39,588 nt of DNA from sequence record SRR31156797_6670, one strand, 5' to 3'. How positions within the stretch are numbered: position 1 is the stretch's first letter; each line of letters opens with the position of its first letter. The notes below the pieces were generated by a model that did no database searches, was not told the origin of the DNA, and was given only the letters and a program-made list of their open reading frames with translations. This document shows positions 10,185 to 18,081 of the stretch, piece after piece. The translations under genes were made by a program, and so were the position numbers.

Positions 10185-10364
10185 ATGCCACAACAAGATA
10201 GACAAAATCCAAATCCAGAAAGAGTTGCGTTTCTCCGGCATCTACCCCTGCAGGTAAAAGAAACAATTACAGGTGATGAAGCACACCAGTTTATGTTTGA
10301 GGAAGAGATTCCAGAATCACTCTATGAAAAAATTAAAAACTACATAGAGGAAGCAAAAGAGTAA
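10185..10364 (+). CDS. Small hypothetical protein (59 aa), missed by the ORF track
   Basis: ATG10185..TAA10364 encodes MPQQDRQNPNPERVAFLRHLPLQVKETITGDEAHQFMFEEEIPESLYEKIKNYIEEAKE. Protein-like helical composition, in an otherwise empty intergenic space, followed by a hairpin. Confidence 0.65.
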   Translation: MPQQDRQNPNPERVAFLRHLPLQVKETITGDEAHQFMFEEEIPESLYEKIKNYIEEAKE

Positions 10365-10436
10365 TATTTTCAGAATATATATACTTCAAGGTGGGAGGTG
10401 TTGAACAACTTTTCCATGAGGAAACAGCTTCCTTTT

Positions 10437-10472
10437 TAAAAGGGTAGATAAGGTCTATTTACCCTTCTTTTA
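10437..10472 (+). terminator. Probable terminator after the 59-aa ORF
   Basis: AAGGGTAGATA...TATTTACCCTT stem (one G-U pair) followed by CTTTTT. Confidence 0.5.
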
Positions 10473-10512
10473 TTGCCTCTCCAGAGCCGAATATGCCCAA
10501 AATTCTTTAACA

Positions 10513-10541
10513 TTGCATAATCATATTTTTTAGTATATCTT
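10513..10541 (+). promoter_or_regulatory. Candidate sigma70 promoter for nifJ
   Basis: TTGCAT-17 bp-TATCTT, about 280 bp upstream of the nifJ start. Confidence 0.4.
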
Positions 10542-10823
10542 GTCGCTATTTTGTAGTCCTTCCTTTCTGAAAAGTAGTCAGAATAAAGGATGCAAAACGC
10601 ATTAAATCTTAGCTTAACTGACTGGAATAACTATTGTCCGACGGATAAGCATAAACAGATCGTTGAATGAGGCGTCAATCATTTCACGTCGGTAGTCATA
10701 TTCGTTTGGGCATTATAAGTATTTAGATTCTCTGTTTGCTGCATGAGAATTTACTTTGTTAAAACCCCTTTCCGACATATTTTTTGTCGGAAAACAGTAA
10801 CCACCGTGTAAGGAGAATGAGCT

Positions 10824-13800
10824 ATGTCGCGAAAAATGGTCAACGTTGATGGCAACCAGGCATGTACGCATGTCGCATACGCTACCAGTGAAGTCATCAC
10901 AATTTACCCTATTACCCCATCCTCTCCGATGGCTGCAGAAGCTGATGCAAAGGCTAATGCAAAACAGGAGAATATTTGGGGTTCCATCCCTGTTATTTCT
11001 CAGATGCAATCTGAGGGTGGTGTTGCCGGTGCGCTGCATGGTTCTTTGAACTCAGGCGCTCTATGTACAACATTTACAGCTTCACAGGGGCTGCTTCTGA
11101 TGCTGCCCAACATGTATAAAATCGCTGGTGAGTTAATCCCTACGGTTTTCCATGTAACTGCCCGTGCCCTCTCATACCAGGGCTTGTCTATCTTCGGCGA
11201 TCACAGTGACGTAATGTCCGCTCGTCAGACCGGTTGGGCAATGCTTTGTGCCAACAACGTGATGGAAGCACAGGACATGGCACTCATCTCCACCCAGTCC
11301 ACCTTGGCATCCCGCATTCCTTTCGTCCATTTCTTTGACGGCTTCCGTACTTCCCACGAAGTTCAAAAGATTGAACAGCTTTCCATGGATGATATTAGTG
11401 AAATGATCGACGAAGACCAGATCACTGATTTCCGTAAGCGGGCCCTCACCCCTGACAGCCCAACCATGGGTGGTACCGCCCAAAATCCGGATGTATACTT
11501 TACCGGACGTGAGACTGTAAACAAGTACTATGCCGCCATTCCTGGTATCGTTCAGGCGACCATGGATAAATTCGCAGCACTGACCGGTCGTCAATACAAT
11601 CTGTTTGACTACTACGGTGCACCTGATGCAACCGACGTTGTCGTCATCATGGGTTCCGGTGTTGAAGTTGTTCAGCAAACCATCGATTTCATGGTTGCCC
11701 AGGGTGATAGAGTGGGTGTGGTTATTGTTCGCCTGTTCCACCCATTTGACGCCAAGGCCATGGTTAACGCCCTGCCCTCAACCGTAGAACGCATCACTGT
11801 TCTTGATCGTGTGAAAGAGCCTGGTGCCCTCGGAGACCCTCTCTACCTCAACGTTCGCGCTGCAGTTGGTGAAGCTGCCGAAGCAAACCCAACCATGATT
11901 CCGCCGACCATTCTAGGTGGTCGTTACGGTCTTGGTTCTGCTGAATTCATCCCTGCAATGGTGAAGGCTGTATTTGACAACCAGACATCATTTGCTCCGA
12001 AAAACAAGTTCTGTGTCGGCCCGAACGACGACGTTATGTTCACCAGCCTTGACTACGACAAGTCCTTTAACATTGAAGGTGACGATGTTTACCGTGCAAT
12101 GTTCTATGGTCTTGGTTCTGATGGTACTGTTGGTGCAAACAAGAACACCATTAAGATCATTGGTGATGAAACAGATAACTCCACCCAGGGTTACTTTGTT
12201 TATGACTCCAAGAAGTCTGGTTCCATGACAGTTTCTCACCTTCGCTTTGGTGAAAACAAGATTGTTTCTCCTTACCTGATTAACAAGGCAAGTTTCATCG
12301 CTTGTCATAACTTTGCCTTCCTTGACAGCTACGACATGCTGGCCAACCTGGAAGATGGCGGAACCTTCCTGCTGACTTCTGTTTATGATAAAGATGAAAT
12401 CTGGTCACACCTGCCAGCACTGGTTCAAAAGCAGCTGATCGAGAAAAACGCAAAATTCTACATCATCGATGCGGTCAAACTTGGTCAGGTAATTGGTCTT
12501 GGTGCTCGCATCAACATGATCATGCAGACAGCCTTCTTCATGGTTTCTGGCATCCTCACCAAAGAAGATGCTGTTGAAGCAATCAAAAAAGCGATCAAGA
12601 AAACCTACGGCATCAAGGGTGACAAGATCGTTAACATGAACTACGCAGCTGTTGACGGTGCCATTGAAAATTGTGTTGAAATAACCCTGCCAAGTGAAAT
12701 TACCGGTCATGAAATGCCTCCGACCGTACCTGACGCAGCACCTGATTTTGTAAAGAATGTTACTGCACAGATGATGGAAGGCCGTGGCGAAGACCTCAAG
12801 GTTTCTCAGATTCCTGATAACGGTCGCTGGCCAACAGCTACCACCCAGTGGGAAAAGCGTAATGTTGCAGTAAATATTCCTGTATGGGACCCTGGAGCAT
12901 GTATTCAGTGTGGTCGCTGTTCACTGGTTTGTCCACACGGCTGTATCCGTATGAAGATTGCTACTCCTGAAGCGCTGACAGCTGCAGGCGCAACTGCTGA
13001 CTTCAAAACCGCTGATGCAGTAGGAAAAGACTACAAAGGTCAAAAATTCACCATCCAGGTCTCCACGGCTGACTGTTACGGCTGTACCCTGTGCGTAAGT
13101 GTTTGTCCTGCGAAGAAGAAAGACGCAGACGGTAACAAGACTGACGAACCAGCTCTGAAAATGGTCGCCAACACCGAGGAAATACTGGAAAGCGAAAGCA
13201 AGAATTGGAAGGCTTTCCTTAATCTTCCGGAAGTTGATCGTTCTACCCTTAAGGAAAACACTATCAAGGGAAGCCAGCTCCTGCGTCCGCTGTTCGAGTT
13301 CTCCGGTGCCTGTACAGGTTGTGGTGAGACACAATACGTCAAGCTGGTCACCCAGCTGTTTGGTGATCGCATGTATGTGGCCAATGCAACAGGTTGTTCC
13401 TCCATTTATGGTGGTAACCTGCCGACAACGCCATACTGTACCCGTGATGACGGACGCGGACCAACATGGTCGAACTCTCTGTTTGAAGATAATGCTGAGT
13501 ACGGTCTTGGTATGCGTCAGGCAGCTGACAAGCTTGGTATGCAGGCAATTGAGCTTGTAGAAAAAGCTGTGGAAGCAGGACTGATCGATAAAGCAATGGC
13601 TGATGGTCTTCTTGATGCCACCCAAAAAGAGCAGGCAGAGATCGAAGCACAGCGTGAACGTGTTGCAGCGTTGAAAGATGCCCTTGACGGCAGCAGCAAT
13701 ATTATCGCCAAGCGGCTCCTTCCTGTAGCAGACTACTTGGTTAAAAAGTCTGTATGGATCTTCGGTGGTGACGGTTGGGCATATGATATCGGATACGGTG

Positions 13801-14399
13801 GCTTGGATCACGTCCTTGCCTCTGGTGAAAACGTCAACGTAATGGTCATGGATACTGAGGTATACTCCAACACTGGTGGTCAGATGTCCAAGTCCACTCC
13901 ACGTGCAGCAGTTGCTCAGTTCGCTGCTGGTGGTAAGAAGGCACCTAAGAAGAACATGGGTATGATCTTCTCCACTTTTGGTACTGTATACGTTGCACGC
14001 ATCTCCATAGGTGGTAATCCTCAGCAGGCTATTAAAGCCATTGCTGAGGCGGAAGCATACGATGGACCTTCACTGATCATCGCTTACGCTCACTGCATTA
14101 ACCACGGCATTAATATGGCATCAGGTCTTGAGCAGCAGAAGAAAGCGGTTGAATGTGGTCACTGGTCACTGTACCGCTACAATCCTGACCTGGAAGCAGA
14201 AGGTAAAAATCCTCTTATCATTGATAGTAAAGAACCAACTATCTCCTTTGCGGACTATGCATTAAATGAAAACCGCTACAGAATGCTGAAGATATCCAAC
14301 CCGGATATGGCTGAAGAGCTTATGCAGCAGTCCCAACAGGATACTGACAAATCCTGGAAGATGTTGAAAGCATGGGCAAAGGCACTCGAAGCTGAGTAA
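10824..14399 (+). CDS. nifJ: Pyruvate:ferredoxin (flavodoxin) oxidoreductase, homodimeric type
   Basis: YPITPSS, MQSEGG, TTFTASQGLLLM, GLGSDGTVGANK, two ferredoxin motifs (CIQCGRCSLVCP, CYGCTLCVSVCP), CTGCGE, ATGCSS, TPP motif GGDGWAYDIG; AAGGAG RBS. Confidence 0.97.
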   Translation: MSRKMVNVDGNQACTHVAYATSEVITIYPITPSSPMAAEADAKANAKQENIWGSIPVISQMQSEGGVAGALHGSLNSGALCTTFTASQGLLLMLPNMYKIAGELIPTVFHVTARALSYQGLSIFGDHSDVMSARQTGWAMLCANNVMEAQDMALISTQSTLASRIPFVHFFDGFRTSHEVQKIEQLSMDDISEMIDEDQITDFRKRALTPDSPTMGGTAQNPDVYFTGRETVNKYYAAIPGIVQATMDKFAALTGRQYNLFDYYGAPDATDVVVIMGSGVEVVQQTIDFMVAQGDRVGVVIVRLFHPFDAKAMVNALPSTVERITVLDRVKEPGALGDPLYLNVRAAVGEAAEANPTMIPPTILGGRYGLGSAEFIPAMVKAVFDNQTSFAPKNKFCVGPNDDVMFTSLDYDKSFNIEGDDVYRAMFYGLGSDGTVGANKNTIKIIGDETDNSTQGYFVYDSKKSGSMTVSHLRFGENKIVSPYLINKASFIACHNFAFLDSYDMLANLEDGGTFLLTSVYDKDEIWSHLPALVQKQLIEKNAKFYIIDAVKLGQVIGLGARINMIMQTAFFMVSGILTKEDAVEAIKKAIKKTYGIKGDKIVNMNYAAVDGAIENCVEITLPSEITGHEMPPTVPDAAPDFVKNVTAQMMEGRGEDLKVSQIPDNGRWPTATTQWEKRNVAVNIPVWDPGACIQCGRCSLVCPHGCIRMKIATPEALTAAGATADFKTADAVGKDYKGQKFTIQVSTADCYGCTLCVSVCPAKKKDADGNKTDEPALKMVANTEEILESESKNWKAFLNLPEVDRSTLKENTIKGSQLLRPLFEFSGACTGCGETQYVKLVTQLFGDRMYVANATGCSSIYGGNLPTTPYCTRDDGRGPTWSNSLFEDNAEYGLGMRQAADKLGMQAIELVEKAVEAGLIDKAMADGLLDATQKEQAEIEAQRERVAALKDALDGSSNIIAKRLLPVADYLVKKSVWIFGGDGWAYDIGYGGLDHVLASGENVNVMVMDTEVYSNTGGQMSKSTPRAAVAQFAAGGKKAPKKNMGMIFSTFGTVYVARISIGGNPQQAIKAIAEAEAYDGPSLIIAYAHCINHGINMASGLEQQKKAVECGHWSLYRYNPDLEAEGKNPLIIDSKEPTISFADYALNENRYRMLKISNPDMAEELMQQSQQDTDKSWKMLKAWAKALEAE

Positions 14400-14427
14400 G
14401 CCCCACCCTTGACATCAGGTAGTACCC

Positions 14428-14468
14428 AAGCAGCCCTGCCGATTATTCGGCAGGGCTGCTTTTCTTTT
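14428..14468 (+). terminator. Rho-independent terminator of nifJ
   Basis: AAGCAGCCCTGCCGA-TTAT-TCGGCAGGGCTGCTT perfect stem followed by TTCTTTT. Confidence 0.92.
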
Positions 14469-14740
14469 ATAGACTCCTTGGATATTTAGAGCTTTCCTCG
14501 AAGATGGAGGCCTGTCAGAAAAACACCCTTGGAACATAATTAACCTCGGAGAACTTCTTTACCACCGAAGATATTTATTTGTGCATGGTCAAATTTGCCT
14601 AGACTCAAAAAGATTGTCGAAAAATCAATAATGCAAATGATCTTCACTTTTTTAGCTTGCTGTTTTTTTTCCACTTGGTGTTATATAGATAGTCAGGAAA
14701 AAAGATTACTCCCTGCAAACAACCTCAGAAGGAGACAGTA

Positions 14741-15205
14741 ATGCAACTATTTGCAAAAGATATCATGATTAAAAATTATGATACTATCCATATGAATGAG
14801 CCTGCAGAAAAAGCCATTCGTAGAATTCTCACCGCCAAAGTCAGGCCCACCGGTCATAAGACCGTCAGCCTTATGGTCATTGATGATGCCCATAGACTGG
14901 TGGGGACGATCAGTATGTTTTACATTTTATACCATCTGCGACCATCTTTTCTCAACTACGGCATTGATGGTGACACCCTTTCCTGGCAGGGTGAACTTGA
15001 CCAGTTCATCGAGTCAGTTAAAGAAAAGACTGTCAGCCAGATAATGAATGCTAATGTATTGAGCATTCCCTCTGATGAGCCACTCATGGCAATCGTAGAT
15101 AGAATGGTTAAGGATAGGATCCGACGAATGCCGGTTGTAAACAATGGAAAGCTTGTAGGGGTGGTGTATGTTTCAGATATTTTCTATCACCTCTTTAATG
15201 ATTAA
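14741..15205 (+). CDS. CBS-domain pair protein
   Basis: AKDIM...SLMVIDDAHRLVGTIS and TVSQIM...IRRMPVVNNGKLVGVVYVSDIF; AAGGAG RBS. Confidence 0.88.
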   Translation: MQLFAKDIMIKNYDTIHMNEPAEKAIRRILTAKVRPTGHKTVSLMVIDDAHRLVGTISMFYILYHLRPSFLNYGIDGDTLSWQGELDQFIESVKEKTVSQIMNANVLSIPSDEPLMAIVDRMVKDRIRRMPVVNNGKLVGVVYVSDIFYHLFND

Positions 15206-15246
15206 CGCCTTGTAACAATTCGGTAAATAGCAAATAACCTCGACCT

Positions 15247-15371
15247 GTAGCTGTTCAGCAGAGCTCCAGGTGCGTACAAGTAGGCTGGAACACTCTGCTC
15301 ATGCTATGTTTTCCTGCCTGATCGTGCGTAGAGGCAAGTGCAGACTCCGTAGGGTTCTGCTGAGTAGTTAC
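15247..15371 (+). repeat. 125-bp structured intergenic repeat, copy A (MITE/ERIC-like)
   Basis: Gapless alignment to 25944-26068 with 95/125 identities; imperfect 20-bp terminal inverted repeat GTAGCTGTTCAGCAGAGCTC / GGGTTCTGCTGAGTAGTTAC. Confidence 0.88.
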
Positions 15372-15403
15372 TTACAATTAGCATTGCATATTCCAAAAGA
15401 CAG

Positions 15404-15446
15404 CAATAAATAAAGCCAGAACAATACGTTCTGGCTTTATTTATTG
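15404..15446. terminator. Bidirectional terminator between the convergent CBS and YkgJ genes
   Basis: Perfect 19-bp inverted repeat CAATAAATAAAGCCAGAAC-AATAC-GTTCTGGCTTTATTTATTG with A/T-rich outer arms. Confidence 0.85.
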
Positions 15447-15523
15447 TCATGTCACTGCAAATGAAGACACCTCATTTTATTCTCCCAAAGAGAACAACAG
15501 AGGGTACACCTAAGCGGTAAGCT

Positions 15524-16477
15524 TCACCCCTTTTTCACTTCACGTTCCTGCACCATGCGATCCCGCTCAGCCTTCAGTTCTTCATATTCACGTTCAGCAC
15601 TTTGAAGGGAATCATCCTGACGCTGTTTAATCTCATCTATTTTCGCCTTCAGCTTCTCCTGCTTAATGGGCATCTCACCTGCACCAAAAAGAGTGTTTGC
15701 AAGATACTGAAACGAAAACAGCATGAGTTCAACATCGTCTTCCTTAATTTTGGCAAGTATCTCATCATCGATCTCATAGGTGTCAAGAAATGAGCTTTCA
15801 AGGATAAACTTGCGAAAGGTGTCAAGGTCAGTGGATGCCATAAAAAACATCCGTTTGGCTGCTTCGCTTAGAGTCGCCTGTAAGCCAAAAGATTTACGCC
15901 GCATCACTAATCGCAGCCATTCTTTGTTCATTCCATCCCGGACATCAACCCCTTGGTCCGCGCGCCAATCGCGAATTTTCCATTGTTTGGGCTCTTCGTG
16001 GCCTTTGCAATGATCCTCTTTCACGAGAAAAAAGAACTTCTGTTCATCAGCATCATTGGTGCCCCCTTCGTGAAAATCTGCCATGCCAACAGGGTAATAT
16101 CGACAGGCAGTTGGGCGATCCTCATACACTGTACACCCTTCAGGGGTAACAAAGGGGCATGCATTCTTTTCACCAACCAGCTTGAGCTGGACACCCGGCA
16201 TATCAGTTTTTTCCAGATAAGTTGGTTCTGTATACTGAGTAATCAGTTCATGGGAGGGCAGGTTCAGCCGCTTTTTCAATACAAGAATGTCGTAAGGGGT
16301 CAAAATAATTTTAATGTTATGACAGCAGGCCGTAAAACAACTCACCCCTGGGTGACATTCAAATTGCAGAGCGGAATCAAGAGTCAGCTTCTCAGGTAGG
16401 ATGTTGGATGGATTTTTATCGGTGCTGGTAAAAATTTGTTTTGCATCACTTAGTTCTTGTTGCATCTTCTCAGACAT
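15524..16477 (-). CDS. YkgJ-family cysteine-cluster protein (putative Zn/Fe-S binding) with C-terminal coiled coil
   Basis: FECHPGVSCFTACC...CPFVTPEGCTVYEDRPTACRYYP...HCKG; GAGGA RBS. Confidence 0.88.
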   Translation of the reverse strand: MSEKMQQELSDAKQIFTSTDKNPSNILPEKLTLDSALQFECHPGVSCFTACCHNIKIILTPYDILVLKKRLNLPSHELITQYTEPTYLEKTDMPGVQLKLVGEKNACPFVTPEGCTVYEDRPTACRYYPVGMADFHEGGTNDADEQKFFFLVKEDHCKGHEEPKQWKIRDWRADQGVDVRDGMNKEWLRLVMRRKSFGLQATLSEAAKRMFFMASTDLDTFRKFILESSFLDTYEIDDEILAKIKEDDVELMLFSFQYLANTLFGAGEMPIKQEKLKAKIDEIKQRQDDSLQSAEREYEELKAERDRMVQEREVKKG

Positions 16478-16622
16478 GCTTTTCCTCTTTCAGAAACTTC
16501 CCGGACAGATTGCAACAATACAGATACAGGAGTTCCAAAATTTCATACTTCCCGTCCTCAAGCATAATGCTCAATGACAAAAAATAAATTATTTATGTAA
16601 GATTATTTTGCCGGAACTTCAT

Positions 16623-16650
16623 ATATTACCATTTCCTTGCCCTGTGTCAA
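16623..16650 (-). promoter_or_regulatory. Candidate sigma70 promoter for the YkgJ-family gene
   Basis: Minus strand TTGACA-16 bp-TAATAT, with TGG immediately before the -10 (extended -10). Confidence 0.5.
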
Positions 16651-16745
16651 ACCCTATTGATTGGTTTTTTCTTTTCTTATCAACTGCCACCAAAATTTCT
16701 GGCTTTATCACATTGTTAAACATTCACTGCTCATAAGTAGCTCAC

Positions 16746-16776
16746 CACCACTTCACCACTTCACCACTTCACCACT
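16746..16776. repeat. Tandem repeat (CACCACTT) x3.9
   Basis: CACCACTT at 16746, 16754 and 16762, plus CACCACT at 16770, in the divergent intergenic region. Confidence 0.85.
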
Positions 16777-16969
16777 GATTTACATGTTAAGTAAAAATTA
16801 TGGTATTAAAATGCAATTTTATGTTTTTTTTCCAATAAAACTGTTACTAAGACGGGCTAAACGAAGAGATGCGTACCCATAAGAATGGTGATTCTCACGT
16901 ATCCACTCGAAGTATCTTAACTTTTAAGTACCAGGTCAATTTGTTTTATGACCGGACATAACGATCCTA

Positions 16970-17167
16970 ATGAAATTATTTTTATCCCACACCATTGACT
17001 TTACCAAAATTGATACCCTTGTCTACCACCTTCCAGACGGGCCTTCCTTCTCTCTGGAAATGCATAATATAGGAGAACTCATTGACATAGAAATGGAATA
17101 CGGCGACATCTGTGATACATCTGATATTGACGGAGTCGTCCACTTTTTTCCACGCGGCAACGCCTGA
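16970..17167 (+). CDS. Small acidic hypothetical protein (65 aa)
   Basis: ATG-started ORF in intergenic space, co-directional with and 66 bp upstream of the PHP gene; weak RBS; no recognised motif. Confidence 0.5.
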   Translation: MKLFLSHTIDFTKIDTLVYHLPDGPSFSLEMHNIGELIDIEMEYGDICDTSDIDGVVHFFPRGNA

Positions 17168-17233
17168 CAGTACACTTTTTGCTAGGCCGAATTCTCATGC
17201 GGCTACCCCAACTTTCCTTCCGCATCTTTCCTT

Positions 17234-18049
17234 ATGGATAGCATCTACCCTATAGATACAGGTTTTGACGGTCATGTGCATACCTATCTCTGTAATCACG
17301 CCAGAGGCACTATGGAAGAGTATGTGATCGCGGCAATTAACAGGGGCCTGCATTCCCTTTGTTTTTTAGAACACATGGAGCTTGGAATAACCTACCCCCA
17401 GAAAAGCTGGTTGGATGAAAAAGATTTTGCAGTTTACTTCAAAGAAGGGGCTCGTCTTAAAAAGGTATATAAAGACCAACTTACTATTTTACTAGGAGTT
17501 GAAGCAGGTTATAATCCGGAAATGCAATCTCAATTCTTGAGCCTGTTAAAAGCTCACCCATGGGACAGAGTAGGCCTTTCTTGCCACTTTTACAGGATAA
17601 AGAAGAAGCATTTCAACCTGCTCAGTCGCAAACCAGAAAATCTTACTATCCTAGTTAAACAAGGACCGAGCTTAATCCTGGAAGCCTATTTTTCTTCTCT
17701 TATAGAGGCTCTGCAGATTATGGACCGTTGTGATGTTGTCTGCCACCTAGATGCTTGCCTGAGACATTCACCAGAGGGCAGACTTTCTGAGAAAAATCAT
17801 ATCCAGGTCAACACCATCCTCGACCTTCTACAACAAAAACAAATTGCTCTTGAGGTAAACACTTCAGGCTTTGCACTTCGTAACGCCCCGTTTCCAGAGG
17901 CAACGATTCTCAACAGGGCAATGATACGCGGCATCCGTTTAGCACCTGGTTCTGACGCCCATGATCCACAACAAGTTGGTCGTTATTTCGACCAACTAGA
18001 CAACTATCTGCAAACCGCGTCAACCTCTGGAAATAACAGGTACCACTGA
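17234..18049 (+). CDS. PHP-family phosphatase, histidinol-phosphatase HisJ-like
   Basis: DGHVHT..CNHA, LEHM, LLGVEAGY, CHLD, ALEVNTSG and GSDAH metal-binding motifs. Confidence 0.87.
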   Translation: MDSIYPIDTGFDGHVHTYLCNHARGTMEEYVIAAINRGLHSLCFLEHMELGITYPQKSWLDEKDFAVYFKEGARLKKVYKDQLTILLGVEAGYNPEMQSQFLSLLKAHPWDRVGLSCHFYRIKKKHFNLLSRKPENLTILVKQGPSLILEAYFSSLIEALQIMDRCDVVCHLDACLRHSPEGRLSEKNHIQVNTILDLLQQKQIALEVNTSGFALRNAPFPEATILNRAMIRGIRLAPGSDAHDPQQVGRYFDQLDNYLQTASTSGNNRYH

Positions 18050-18081
18050 CTTGCCAGGGCACAGCAATAATCAAAGACTGC

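Noticed and set aside
12921-13811. 296-aa antisense ORF inside nifJ (and 11172..11741)
   Set aside because: Shadow ORFs expected from the biased codon usage of a highly expressed gene; no motifs.
15247-15371. Target-site duplication for the 125-bp repeat, or a CRISPR interpretation
   Set aside because: Copy B has ATT on both sides but copy A has CCT/TTA, so no consistent TSD can be claimed. The copies are 10.7 kb apart with no repeat-spacer array or cas genes.
16850-16910. GGGCTAAAC... as a c-di-GMP-I riboswitch
   Set aside because: It lacks the GNRA-capped P2 and the following GACGCAAAGC/P3 elements.
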